DNA of 44,720 bases from Nemertoderma westbladi. Lineage: Eukaryota > Animalia > Xenacoelomorpha. The DNA lies in contig JAUCBJ010005413.1 in assembly GCA_032718475.1 (NCBI GenBank), positions 1 to 44,720 of the forward strand. The letters run 5' to 3'. A program made the position numbers and the translations under genes. Below, piece after piece: positions 34,601-44,666 of the stretch (its first letter is position 1; every line of letters starts with the position of its first letter). The notes under the pieces are model-generated. The model was not told the origin of the DNA. It ran no database searches and saw only the letters and a program-made list of their open reading frames with translations.

Positions 34601-36709
34601 AATAATGTTTTTAGCTTTGCAACTATATTCACCAACATCATTATATGTTGGACTGTTAACAACTATTGTTTTCATGCAATCTCCTTTTATTACACAGTTT
34701 TCTTGTAAAGTAATTGTATATCTATCGCCACTTAATTGTGTTTCAGAATCAGTAGGGTGGTATATCGAAATTTCAGGAACAGGGTCTCCTTTTGCTGTGC
34801 ATTCAAATTGTAATCCGGCAGATATAGTTTCAATAAAACTTACAAGTTCAGCTTGAACTTTAATACCAACTTGTTTTTCATTTTCAACCACAACCACAGG
34901 GCCACTATCTGTATCTGATGCCTCACATTTGTATGTCCCTTCGTCGCCTACAACAACTGTCGATACTGTCAATGTTTTACCACTGAGTGCATAGTGGTCA
35001 TTGGCAGCAATTGTTGTTGGACTGGATTCACCAGTACCAGTAAACTTCCATGTAATAACTCCACTATATGATGAAGGTTCCACATTACATGTTAAAACAA
35101 AGTTAGAATCCCCTGCTTTTATAATACCATTAGCAGGTTGAGTGATAATTACTGATTTGAGGATGACAACTTGCATTGTTTCTGTAGTCGGTGACGCATT
35201 ATCACCATTTGCAAAAGCTTCGCAACTGTAGTCACCATCAGAAATCAAACTTGGATTCTCCAAAGTCACAACTAAGGTGGCTGTATTTCCCGATGTAGTG
35301 AGTGAAGGCGTGTACTTATTTACATCAGTAGTTTCCACACCTGCTGGATCTTTAAACTTGATATCTATAGTAATTTCTCCAGTGGCTTCACAAGTTAACT
35401 TGTACTTACTATCTACTAAACTCACAGTGGTAGATGTAATTTTAGCCCTGATAATCACATTAATGTCATCCCCCACAACAATTACAGGCCCATTAGCTGC
35501 ATTTGCTGCCTCACATTTGTATGTCCCTTCATCAGCTACAATAACTGTCGATACTGTCAATGTTTTACCACTGAGTGCATAGTGGTCATTGGCAGCAATT
35601 GTTGTTGGACTGGATTCACCAGTACCAGTAAACTTCCATGTAATAACTCCACTATATGACGAAGGTTCCACATTACAGGTTAAAACAAAGTTAGTATCCC
35701 CTACTTTTATAATTCCATTGGCAGGTTGAGTGATAGTAACTGATGTCATTTTAGCTCTGACAACAACGTCAACTTCATCCCCCACAACAATTACAGGCCC
35801 ATTTGATGCATTTGCTGCCACACATTTGTATGTCCCTTCGTCGCCTACAACAACTGTCGATACTGTCAATGTTTTACCACTGAGTGCATAGTGGTCATTG
35901 GCAACAATTGTTGTTGGACTGGATTCACCAGTACCAGTAAACTTCCATGTAAGAACTCCATTATATGACGAAGGTTCAACATTACATGTTAAAACAAAGT
36001 TTGAATCCCCTACTTTTATAATACCATTGACAGGTTGGGTGATAGCAACGGATGTCATTTTAGCTCTGACAACAACACCAACTTCATTTCCAACCACAAC
36101 CACAGGGCCACTATCTGTATCTGCTGCCTCACATTTGTATGTCCCTTCATCAGCTACAACAACTGTCGATACTGTCAATGTTTTACCACTGAGTGCATAG
36201 TGGTCATTGGCAGCAATTGTTGTTGGACTGGATTCACCAGTACCAGTAAACTTCCATGTAATAACTCCACTATATGACGAAGGTTCCACATTACATGTTA
36301 AAACAAAGTTAGTATCTCCATATTTTATAATTCCGTTGGCAGGAGTGGTAACAGTTGCTGATTTTAGAACAACTACATCTAAAGCGAGAGTTGATATCTC
36401 TCCATCAACACTGGCTTCACAAGTGTAGGATCCATCTGTATCCGCGGAAGGATTATCCAATGTGACAATTAGTATTGGATTTCCCGCTGTGTTGGAAGTC
36501 ACTGTGTAGGTGCCTTGTGTATCACTTATATCTGCGTTATTTGTATCTTTAAATTTCATTTGCAAATTGGCCACGTCTTCAGATACACACTTTAGGTCGT
36601 ACTTGTTGTCTTGGTTGAGGACGACCGCTGTTGAAGATATGGTGGGCGCTGCTGATAGTACACAGCGCATACAAATGAACAATGGAAATACAAAAAGTAA
36701 AACTTTCAT
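31658..36709 (-). CDS. Ig/FN3 single-pass transmembrane protein, paralog C (~1683 aa; 9 Ig, 4 FN3, intronless ORF)
   Basis: The first ATG at 36709 starts a signal peptide (MKVLLFVFPLFICMRCVLS); the ORF-track start at 36754 is a TTG. It has Ig and FN3 motifs, the TM segment FFAIIGVIAFILLCIILALIIWLI and a tail related to paralog A. Confidence 0.93.
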   Translation of the reverse strand: MKVLLFVFPLFICMRCVLSAAPTISSTAVVLNQDNKYDLKCVSEDVANLQMKFKDTNNADISDTQGTYTVTSNTAGNPILIVTLDNPSADTDGSYTCEASVDGEISTLALDVVVLKSATVTTPANGIIKYGDTNFVLTCNVEPSSYSGVITWKFTGTGESSPTTIAANDHYALSGKTLTVSTVVVADEGTYKCEAADTDSGPVVVVGNEVGVVVRAKMTSVAITQPVNGIIKVGDSNFVLTCNVEPSSYNGVLTWKFTGTGESSPTTIVANDHYALSGKTLTVSTVVVGDEGTYKCVAANASNGPVIVVGDEVDVVVRAKMTSVTITQPANGIIKVGDTNFVLTCNVEPSSYSGVITWKFTGTGESSPTTIAANDHYALSGKTLTVSTVIVADEGTYKCEAANAANGPVIVVGDDINVIIRAKITSTTVSLVDSKYKLTCEATGEITIDIKFKDPAGVETTDVNKYTPSLTTSGNTATLVVTLENPSLISDGDYSCEAFANGDNASPTTETMQVVILKSVIITQPANGIIKAGDSNFVLTCNVEPSSYSGVITWKFTGTGESSPTTIAANDHYALSGKTLTVSTVVVGDEGTYKCEASDTDSGPVVVVENEKQVGIKVQAELVSFIETISAGLQFECTAKGDPVPEISIYHPTDSETQLSGDRYTITLQENCVIKGDCMKTIVVNSPTYNDVGEYSCKAKNIIDGHDYLVESEESWKVIGVQKVVVTIPENQNDIKVGIDVTLRCIASFGTSTTYTYGWAKIPAGGGDVTEMTENTANYELTADTLKITSIQLSDSGTYKCFLHAEPEILGNRKSIIQLDDTVINIEVKTPSSVSGLTIASPFSSAPIHIGDNIRLICGAAGDPMPLIKWEFQSPTETITINPVAGTIEESHYEVHDATSIVVNSVTKDDRGLYKCKAVNRVGVAEAEKYVDIINRMNAPTGLTVELKAGTVATFQAVWLPGPANDYSHLLTGYEVQCTLVTQPDDTFTKCAETFGALQVDVVKHGEKDFLFWTNYKFRIVAVNSNGYSASSNIVEKQTKSEAPSVPNNVQAPDADIGVAGFKITWKQPTQLGEDGGGVENLAVAKYKIEYKHKIENNDENNDENNSESNDVEADEWIYSKEQDPTADANAETIESVDIFDLNSFTFYEVRITAAIMTANDELLWGNPSSAVTVKTKAQTPSASVPLAKIKHLSPWTVTIEWIAVGMHDAHGPITRYKIHLWSSEEQKENSNTKTIDDPVMTVEFINLDPDTRYYYSIDACQGPEDTHCAIGSERTFTTLPKADMIVKQIGNSNSMEIDWSYYIADTGKQFRDYEICYIPTANIRPEVHTGTGKCPLVNTVIACDINYKKVSNDIENSVAIYNCMADKTVSTVCSTENKCYMESSLSMAKSDYITTDPVAVNVNSILGCDTDDNKCSSEDSSNPSPNKVVNDDGTTVDVSITYCDVNIQETIDTKIFQEFLSDVQDKYKLFSSIDSYKSALSSLSCSGNGKVDNSTTDGHIILGGLEPGVEYFVQVTAIPMAVSGQTKVLKSRFTTEGEVTTGNTKCNQIGSLCETTFFAIIGVIAFILLCIILALIIWLIRRKEKQNMEDNSNSSYNVSKSRDFSKTDGSNNPAYSGYGEQEIQMRDDRQFRAQLNSTPPAVAFANGNQERVLAYGKNSMGAATNGNGTQRQDSQGRVISYI

Positions 36710-36784
36710 TGTTAAACGTTGTATTTTCTTCTCTGTGACTTGCAATGTTGTCAATTAATAAATTAATTTCACCAAATTACATTT

Positions 36785-37597
36785 CTGAAATAGAATAATG
36801 ATAAAATCTTGATATAGCTGTATAAAGAAACAAATATCCTGAAAGATAAATAATAGAGGTTAATAAAACCAGTCAGTTGTGCTCCTCTACGGAAGTGCAA
36901 TAAAAATATGCCTGATTTTTAGAAATTGTTACAGATCCTTTTTTCATATTGTTATTATAATGGCATAGCTTAGCTTAGTCGGCATTGACTTCCAAGCGGA
37001 AACTAACTGGATGTTGCCCATGTTCTCCATGTTGGATGTCTGGCACTCTAACCCAGTCCGATATCGGCTCAGATAAATGGTGACCTTGGAATTACTACCT
37101 GATCTATGTCCTCATTGTCTCCCAATTGTCATTACCAATAATCTGCAGCCACATTGATCATTCATGATCAACACTAAATTTTAGTTTGCAGAACAGTAAC
37201 CTACGCAGTAACGGTGCCGACAACGACCTATGAAGATTGTGCTGTCTGTATCTGTAATGAATGACTTACTGTTAGGCCTACTTCACCGTGACCGTAGAAT
37301 ACGATACAGAAATACTGAAAGAATGATGCTACTTTATAACACGCCGTGATATATAACATTCCAAAGCTCACTATTGAGTTTACTTTATTTCACGGTGAAT
37401 TTCACGCCGACTTAAAATAAATATATAAATTAACTAAACTTGTGGATATTCTATTTATATCATCAATTCCAAATAAATTACTCTAGAATTTAGTGAAAGG
37501 TTATTTGCAATAATATATTTCCCAACGAGCTCCTATTTTGTTTAACTTGGTACTTAATAATTCTGGGAAGTTATTATTATTTAATAATCTTACTTAC
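36785..37597 (-). other. Putative 5'-UTR intron of paralog C
   Basis: Minus-strand donor CTG|GTAAGTAAG at 37597 and acceptor TTTTATCATTATTCTATTTCAG| at 36785, 76 nt upstream of the ATG. Confidence 0.45.
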
Positions 37598-39269
37598 CAG
37601 CTGTGTAATTCTTATAATACCTTATTAATAAACATAACTAATAATTTACAATATAAACAAGATAATAATGAAACACTAAACTTAATGAATATCTGCGTAT
37701 AGCATTGTGTTATGGTCTACTTGTCTGATATTATACAATGAATTTAATTTACCAATAGATAATAAAAGTAATTGGAATTATATACAGTACATCAGGATTT
37801 TAGTTAACTAGTTGAACGTATTTACTCTTATGTTTTCAGTACACGGCTGCTCTGTTAGCTTATATAACAAGAACAGCACGCTGCATATTGTGTGAGTCCC
37901 ATCCCTCACCCCATCTGCCACCCAGGACTGCCTGACTCATTCCATCCTGGTTTCCCTCCAAGCCTGTGCAACGGTATCGACCCACATGTACTACTGAACT
38001 GCTTCTCTCTTCACACAGACTTCACGATAACAGCAATAACAAATACTATACTAAACCCTTCCCAGTGGATACCGCATAGCGTTGCCATAGCGATTGCACT
38101 CGCTGAATCATTTTCGATCTATGATTTTAATATATATTCTTTCTTCCTGAATGAATTCCTATGACATAACTAACACAAACTGTGGCACTGAGTCAAAGGC
38201 AAACGAACGACACAATGTGTGTTCTGTGCTATTCTCAATTGTATTGATCGAATATACCAATTAGCTTCATTTCCATTTACACAAAGAGTTGCTGTTACAT
38301 GGAAATGGGGCCTATATTATCATCAATATCCACAATTACAATACCGTGACAAAAAAAAGAAAAAAATCAACGAGGAATTAAATTACAACAAAACCATAGG
38401 AATACAAGGCTGAACGTGGAAAGTACTTAAAAAGTTTTTTCCAATGGCTATTAAAAAATTATCAGGCAGAAACGGTTAAATTTTTTTGAATAATAACTAT
38501 TTTTTCCCGATGTAACCACTAATCTAAGAGTGATTTTAAAATTTTTTTAAAAGTATAGGCGTAGCGTATGACCCCCTTCCACACAATTACGGAGGAATGT
38601 ATCATGTATCTGTAGTTTCTGCAATGCGACTGCAGTCAATCTCTATACCATTGACTCACTTGCACAGAGTGCCCCACACTAGGCGAACTAGCTAGATGAA
38701 AGTCAAGCCCTGGGTCGTACTCTCCTTCTACCAGATCTCCACTCTACACTGGCTGTCATGTTTTATTATAAGGAATTTTTGTTTTTAATATTATAAAACT
38801 TACGATTTCGTTATAAAGTATCATTATTTCGTGCACGTTTTACTTGGTCATTTATCACTTCAAATAAAAGATCCCTTTTACTCCGGTTTGCGGTGTATCG
38901 TGTTTAGAAAAAAATAAAAAAATTTGCCGAACATAACACCGGGTATTGCTAAATATATTGATATTTAGAATTTATATGTCTGCAAATTTACACTTTTACA
39001 CTTATAGGGTAAGAGGCGGATAGTTCTCTATCCGAAAACGGGAAATTCCCTCAAGTTTAACAATTGAAACACGTTACTATACATGTTTGTCGTCATTAGG
39101 GACTTAACCCGTCCGCGTCAAAGGAAAACCCCTTATGTTGAAATGTTGCTAAACTCTTTGTAATCTGGAATCAACATTTTACGTATCTACACAGAATACA
39201 CACGGCATGGATACTAATTTATTAGTTCCAATGTAAATGGGGGTTTATTTGTTTTCGAATATTTTACAG

Positions 39270-39445
39270 CTTCCTCCAAACAAAAGATGTTTAGAGGTAT
39301 TAGCATCATGTGGAGTATCTTTACGCAAACTATCGATGGTACGGTTTCTGGCCTGGGAGATGTTACTTACGACTACCGCTACGTCGCGCATATTCTAGAA
39401 AAGGAACGTATAGAAAAACGGGAAATGGAAATTAGAGTCGCTAAG
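39270..39445 (+). CDS. PIEZO: Piezo exon (clasp-like: MWSIFTQTIDG...DYRYVAHILEKE)
   Basis: TTTTACAG| acceptor and AAG|GTAACT donor. The peptide resembles the invertebrate Piezo DYRYV..L..E motif. Confidence 0.85.
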
Positions 39446-42400
39446 GTAACTTTAAACTAAGTTATACTCTTCTGTACATTGTACACGCACCTTTACAATA
39501 TGAACTTGATGACGGCGGAATAATTAAAATTAATTAATTAAAGTTTATTTCGTGTAGGAGGAGGAAGAGCGGCAACGGAAAGAAATGACCAAATTAGCTA
39601 TTCAGGCTGGACTTGTGAGTTTCGGTGACATCAAAGAGAGAGAAGATGAGAGCGAAGATAACAGAGAGAAGGAAGAATCCATTCCTAAGGGAGTTCTTAA
39701 ACAACCGTCTGGGTAAGTTGTGTGCGATAGGTCGTATACAACTTCTGCTCCCTTATAATAGGCCAATATATTTCTTACCATTAGATTGTTTATTTAAACA
39801 CCAGACTGCTGTACTCGATGCATGGCATTAATAGTTTCGGTATTAATCCTCAGTCTGATTTAGGTATATTATTTAATAAAACTTCAGCCATTTATCAGTA
39901 TTCTACCCGGCCATCGGCTCAAGGTAATTTCCATATACCCCTTACTCGACTCGATATTGCATAGCGATCTTTCAACTTCCTTGGTACAACTACAGTACGT
40001 GTATGTGACATAAACAGCACGAAAAAATTGAATAATGTGTACCATCATTTCATAAACGATTATATTAAATAGAGCTCCAACTACACTGTTGGTCGCAACT
40101 AATTTGTTCCTAATAATGATAATTATTTATTCCATCAGACCCCCAGAAGATGATCCTGTTACACGAATACGTCCTGAATCCTCTCGACCCGTCCGATTGT
40201 TCTTCGCCATTTTCTACGTGATGGTTTCCCATTCCGAACTCCTCTGCTACCTTCTCATCATTGTGAACAACCTCCAGTCTGCCAACGTTCTCAGTCTCGC
40301 CCTGCCTATCATTGTCTTCTGTTGGTCCATGCTCAGCGTTCCACGAGCTAGTCGTCTGTTCTGGTTCATAGCTATTTCATACACTGAGGTATAGTACGCT
40401 ACTGTAGTACTGTAACGGTATCTCTTATTGCTTAACAATACTACTCTCTTCAATAGCAAAAGCAGCTGATTTCTCGTAATAATGAAACTGTAATTGACTT
40501 TAGTTTGTTGTTTCGGTGAGAATTATGTACTAGTGTAACTAAAAATAAATATTAAATAATGAAAATATTGTTAAGATAGTGAAGCAAATATTGAGAAACC
40601 TGGTTCGCGGCCTACATTAAGTATTGCTTTGAATTACACTAAATGTGAACGACCGAAGATGTGTTGAGTCGATTACTAGTTAAGCTACAAGTGGGATGAT
40701 ATACGGATACACACACACGTAGCTCAATTCTTACTATTGATAATATTATTTTTTTCACTTCGCTTCTTTTAGGTGACCATGTGCATCAAGTATTTGTTTC
40801 AGTTTAAATTCTTCCCCTGGAATGCCATGAAGGACGCTTTCCCTTTTATGTCCAGTCCGTTTTTCGCGCCTCGCATTCTCGGAGTTGAGATGAAAGAAGA
40901 TTACGCGTATTACGATGTCGCTCTCTTGATGGCGCTATTTCTACACAGATCCAATTTAAAGGTAAACTCCACCAAGCGTGCAATGCAAAAAAAGTCAACT
41001 CGTAGGCCTATGAATATAAAAACATATGGCTTATCTTTACCATCTGTACTTTATGATGTATGTCTGTTTTTGCAGCGTTTTGGATTGTGGAAAGATCACT
41101 ATGATGACGCCAGCGAATACTCCACCAGTTCTACAGACAGCGACTCAGAAGCTGAGGATCCGGAGAAGGCAACTCAGGATGAGTTGGAGAAAGAAAGACA
41201 AGGTGGGAAACGGGATGAGTTGGAGAAAGTGACACAAGGTGGGAATCGGGATGAGTTGGAGAAAGAGAGACAAGGTGGGAAACGGGATGAGTTGGAGAAA
41301 GTGAGACAAGGTGGGAAACGGGATGAGTTGGAGAAAGTGAGACAAGGTGGGAAACGGGATGAGTTGGAGACAGAGAGACAATGTGGGAAACGGGATGAGT
41401 TGGAGACAGAGAGACAATGTGGGAAACGGGATGAGTTGGAGAAAGAGAGACAAGGTGGGAAACGGGATGAGTTGTAGAAAGAGAGACAATGTGGGAAACG
41501 GGATGAGTTGGAGACAGAGAGACAATGTGGGAAACGGGATGATTTGGAGACAGAGAGACAATGTGGGAAACGGGATGAGTTGTAGAAAGAGAGACAAGGT
41601 GGGAAACGGGATGAGTTGGAGAAAGATAGACAATGTGGGAAACGGGATGAGTTGGAGAAAGAGAGACAAGGTGGGAAACGGGATGAGTTGGAGAAAGATA
41701 GACAAGGTGGGAAACGGGATGAGTTGGAGAAAGAGAGACAAGGTGGGAAACGGGATGAGTTGTAGAAAGAGAGACAAGGTGGGAAACGGGATGAGTTGGA
41801 GAAAGAGAGACAATGTGGGAAACGGGATGAGTTGGAGAAAGAGAGACAAGGTGGGAAACGGGATGAGTTGGAGAAAGATAGACAATGTGGGAAACGGGAT
41901 GAGTTGGAGACAGAGAGACAAGGTGGGAAACGGGATGAGTTGGAGAAAGAGAGACAAGGTGGGAAACGGGATGAGTTGGAGAAAGAGAGACAATGTGGGA
42001 AACGGGATGATTTGGAGACAGAGAGACAATGTGGGAAACGGGATGAGTTGTAGAAAGAGAGACAAGGTGGGAAACGGGATGAGTTGGAGAAAGATAGACA
42101 ATGTGGGAATCGGGATGAGTTGGAGAAAGAGAGACAAGGTGGGAAATGGTGGTGGGTTTTAAATTGGGGTGCGTAACTCGGTTAAAAATGGAGTCAAAAG
42201 GGAAAAGGAATCCTTAAAGAAAGGGTGTCTGTCGGTTTAAACACAAAGAGACAAGGTATGAGACCGAGAAGCGATACGGTGAATAGGGAACAACAACGGT
42301 GCAGAATTAGGCGCCGGTATATTATATACAGTTAGTAGGTTAATTTGTGGGGTCCTATTTATTCCCGGTCTGTCGGGCAGAACGTTTTATATATATTATT

Positions 42401-44666
42401 ATAATAATATGTCTGTCTGCCTGTGAGATTACGTTGTACATAGTAAATTTGTTAATTCTCAAGATGGATGGTATTCTCAGGGAATACTAAATCAGTTAGA
42501 TTCTTAGATTTTATAATTAATATCTATAAGATTAATATAATTTCCAGTTGTTGCATTGGATGTTGCTGATGACGATGATGCTGAATACGACGCTGATATC
42601 GAAGACATTCCTCTTCCTCCCGGAGCCGAATTTGCCGAAGCAATGATGTTAAAGTATGTTTTAATCTTTGACTGACTGCATTGCCTGTTAAGTAGAAGAC
42701 GCAATGAGTAAAAATGCGAATATTAAATTTCTCAGTAGAACTTTAAAATGATTTGCTGTTATTAATAAAATGCTATCAAGAATCCATAACCCATAGCAGC
42801 TGTTTATATATATAATATAACCGGCTCTTTAATTTATTATTTTTCTCTTTTCAGAATTCAGCGATTCTTCAGACCGGCGGTGGAGTTCTACAGACGAATG
42901 ACGGACCCCAGTAGCAGCGCTGTCACAGACGTTTACGCCCCCATGTTCTTCTGTGACGTCATCTCGACACTCATTATGATATTTTGCTGGTCGGCGTTTG
43001 CAGTAAGTGTTTTTTTAGCCTTTATTTTAATATTATAAATAAATATTATAAATTAAAAACAACTGTTTAAAATCGGTTGGTTTACAACTTATCCCGAACT
43101 GATCGTTAATTTTATTACTCTGTGAAATTCTCAAAAGATTGTATACGAATACCGCCAATACCGGTACACCCATTTGTAACCAATATCTATTTAATATATA
43201 TCGTAACTTGTGTTTCAATTTATTATCAGTGATGTAAACATTTAATGCGATAAATAAATTGTTATTGTTTTCCATTCGTAGTCAACTGGTGGTGGAGACA
43301 TGACGAAAAACTTGTCAGAGAACAAAATTCCCGAGACCTTCCTATTGCTGCTCCTACTGCAGTTCGTTATTATTATTATCGATAGAGCTTTATATCTCCG
43401 AAAGTTCGTCCTCGGGAAGTTTCTCTTTCAGATCTTTCTGGTCGCTGTCATCCACATCTGGTTGTTTTTCCTCTTACCGATGATAACAGACAAGTAAGTA
43501 GGTGAAACTACTGCAATATGTTTTGTATTGAATTCTTTACTCCAAACATATTGACAAATTTATAAGAAAAAAAGTGCGATATCACACAACACATTACGCA
43601 CAATGAAATTAAATAGAATAGTTAGTTATAAGGCGGAGTTTTAAAATGAGGGGGAGGGGGGGGGGGGGGGGGTAGATGATACGGTTTATGGTGGATTCTT
43701 AATGATATAGAGGGTAAAATATATTTTAGGATGGTTCATTTGGGCGCAATGCAACAGAGCCGAGGTTATCGGATTGATTGTCCTTAGTATCGATCACTCT
43801 TGCTTCACTATTATATTGTTTACACATTTGTGTCTGTTTCTCAGGCAGTTTACAGAGAATCTCCCAGCACAGATGTGGTATTTCGTTCGCTGCATTTATT
43901 TCGGACTTTCTGCCTATCAGATAAAGTGTGGCTATCCAACGAGAATCCTTGGAAACTTCCTAACAAAGAAATACTCCATCCTCAATATGATTCTATTCAA
44001 AGGGTTAGCAAGCAAAGGGTTGCACTTCTTAGTTAGTTAACATAACAATATAATTGTATTCCTAAACATTATCTTCAATGTCAAATTATACGAGAAGTTG
44101 GGGGATAATATATTGTTATTTATATCCCGGCGTTTTAATAACTATAGGAATAAGTGGTTCTTTATAGAATGGTGGGATATAAAGTGATGCATAATATACT
44201 TATAATTTACTTTATCTATGTTTTTATCATTAGTGTTATAACTTGTATTTTTTCGTTGTTTCATTAGATTTACAACTCTGCCGTTTGTTTTGGAATTACG
44301 CACCCTAATGGATTGGATGTTTACAGAAACAACCTTGTCACTAACCCATTGGCTACAAATGGAGGACATTTACGCGCAAATATATATAATGAAATGTGAA
44401 GAAAAGTTTGACGACGTAAGTCTAAGGCCCCGCTTCGCCGCCGTACTCCTTATAAACATTGCGGTTTCGTTGAAAGAATCAATGCGATGCGCTAATTTTA
44501 ACTTTATTTTTTTAGGATTTTCCTAGCAAAAAAGCAGAAACCAAATCGACAATGGGCAAATACATGAAGGGCGGAATGGCGGTGTTCACATTGTTTTTTA
44601 TCGTTTGGTTCCCATTATTGTTTATGAGTTTATTAAATCGGATTAGTTTAGACAACCCTCCTAGCG
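39270..44666 (+). CDS. PIEZO: Piezo-type mechanosensitive ion channel, partial multi-exon gene (clasp region to outer helix; 11 exons; continues beyond window)
   Basis: All introns are GT-AG and all junctions are phase-consistent. Diagnostic Piezo peptides: SHSELLCY, WSMLSVPRASRLFW, IKYLFQFKFFPWN, TDVYAPMFFCD, IIIDRALYLRK, YFGLSAYQIKCGYPTRILGNFLTKKY, PFVLELRTLMDW, WLQMEDIYA, IVWFPLLFMSL. Confidence 0.97.
39558..39712 (+). CDS. PIEZO: Piezo exon (charged linker)
   Basis: GTGTAG| acceptor and GG|GTAAGT donor. Phases fit both neighbours. Confidence 0.8.
40139..40388 (+). CDS. PIEZO: Piezo exon (TM helices, SHSELLCY...ISYTE)
   Basis: CATCAG| acceptor, GAG|GTATAG donor and a conserved peptide. 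Confidence 0.93.
40773..40961 (+). CDS. PIEZO: Piezo exon (IKYLFQF...LFLHRSNLK)
   Basis: TTTTAG| acceptor and AAG|GTAAAC donor. Confidence 0.93.
41076..41202 (+). CDS. PIEZO: Piezo exon (RFGLWKD + acidic loop); 3' end ambiguous because the donor is tandemly repeated
   Basis: TTTTTGCAG| acceptor. The first AAG|GTGGGA donor at 41203 is phase 1, which fits the next exon. Confidence 0.8.
41178..42147. repeat. 36-bp minisatellite (~27 units; CGGGATGAGTTGGAGAAAGAGAGACAAGGTGGGAAA) spanning a Piezo exon/intron boundary
   Basis: Direct tandem repetition. It translates in the Piezo frame as RDELEKERQGGK, and some units carry TAG. Confidence 0.97.
42548..42653 (+). CDS. PIEZO: Piezo exon (acidic loop)
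   Basis: TTTCCAG| acceptor and AA|GTATGT donor. Phases 1/2 fit the neighbours. Confidence 0.8.
42855..43002 (+). CDS. PIEZO: Piezo exon (TDVYAPMFFCD)
   Basis: TTTTCAG| acceptor and GCA|GTAAGT donor. Confidence 0.93.
43282..43493 (+). CDS. PIEZO: Piezo exon (SENKIP...IDRALYLRK)
   Basis: TTCGTAG| acceptor and AA|GTAAGT donor. Confidence 0.95.
43845..44003 (+). CDS. PIEZO: Piezo exon (SAYQIKCGYPTRILGNFL)
   Basis: TTTCTCAG| acceptor and GG|GTTAGC donor. Confidence 0.95.
44268..44415 (+). CDS. PIEZO: Piezo exon (anchor domain, PFVLELRTLMDW)
   Basis: TTCATTAG| acceptor and GAC|GTAAGT donor. Confidence 0.95.
44516..44666 (+). CDS. PIEZO: Piezo exon (outer helix, IVWFPLLFMSL)
   Basis: TTTTTTAG| acceptor and G|GTTAGT donor. 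Confidence 0.93.

Noticed and set aside
31658-36709. Naming paralog C Dscam (9 Ig + 4 FN3), or A/B NCAM, L1 or a receptor phosphatase
   Set aside because: The Ig count in C arises from recent internal duplication. There is no Ig10/FN5-6, no L1 FIGQY motif and no phosphatase or kinase domain.
36710-36754. 15-aa N-terminal extension of paralog C in the ORF track
   Set aside because: It begins at TTG. The ATG at 36709 directly starts a signal peptide.
39615-39620. Internal GTGAGT donor in the second Piezo exon
   Set aside because: Phase 0, incompatible with the phase-2 acceptor at 40139. The donor at 39713 fits.
41145-42162. 330-aa (-) and 271-aa (+) repetitive ORFs
   Set aside because: Alternative frames of the 36-bp minisatellite.
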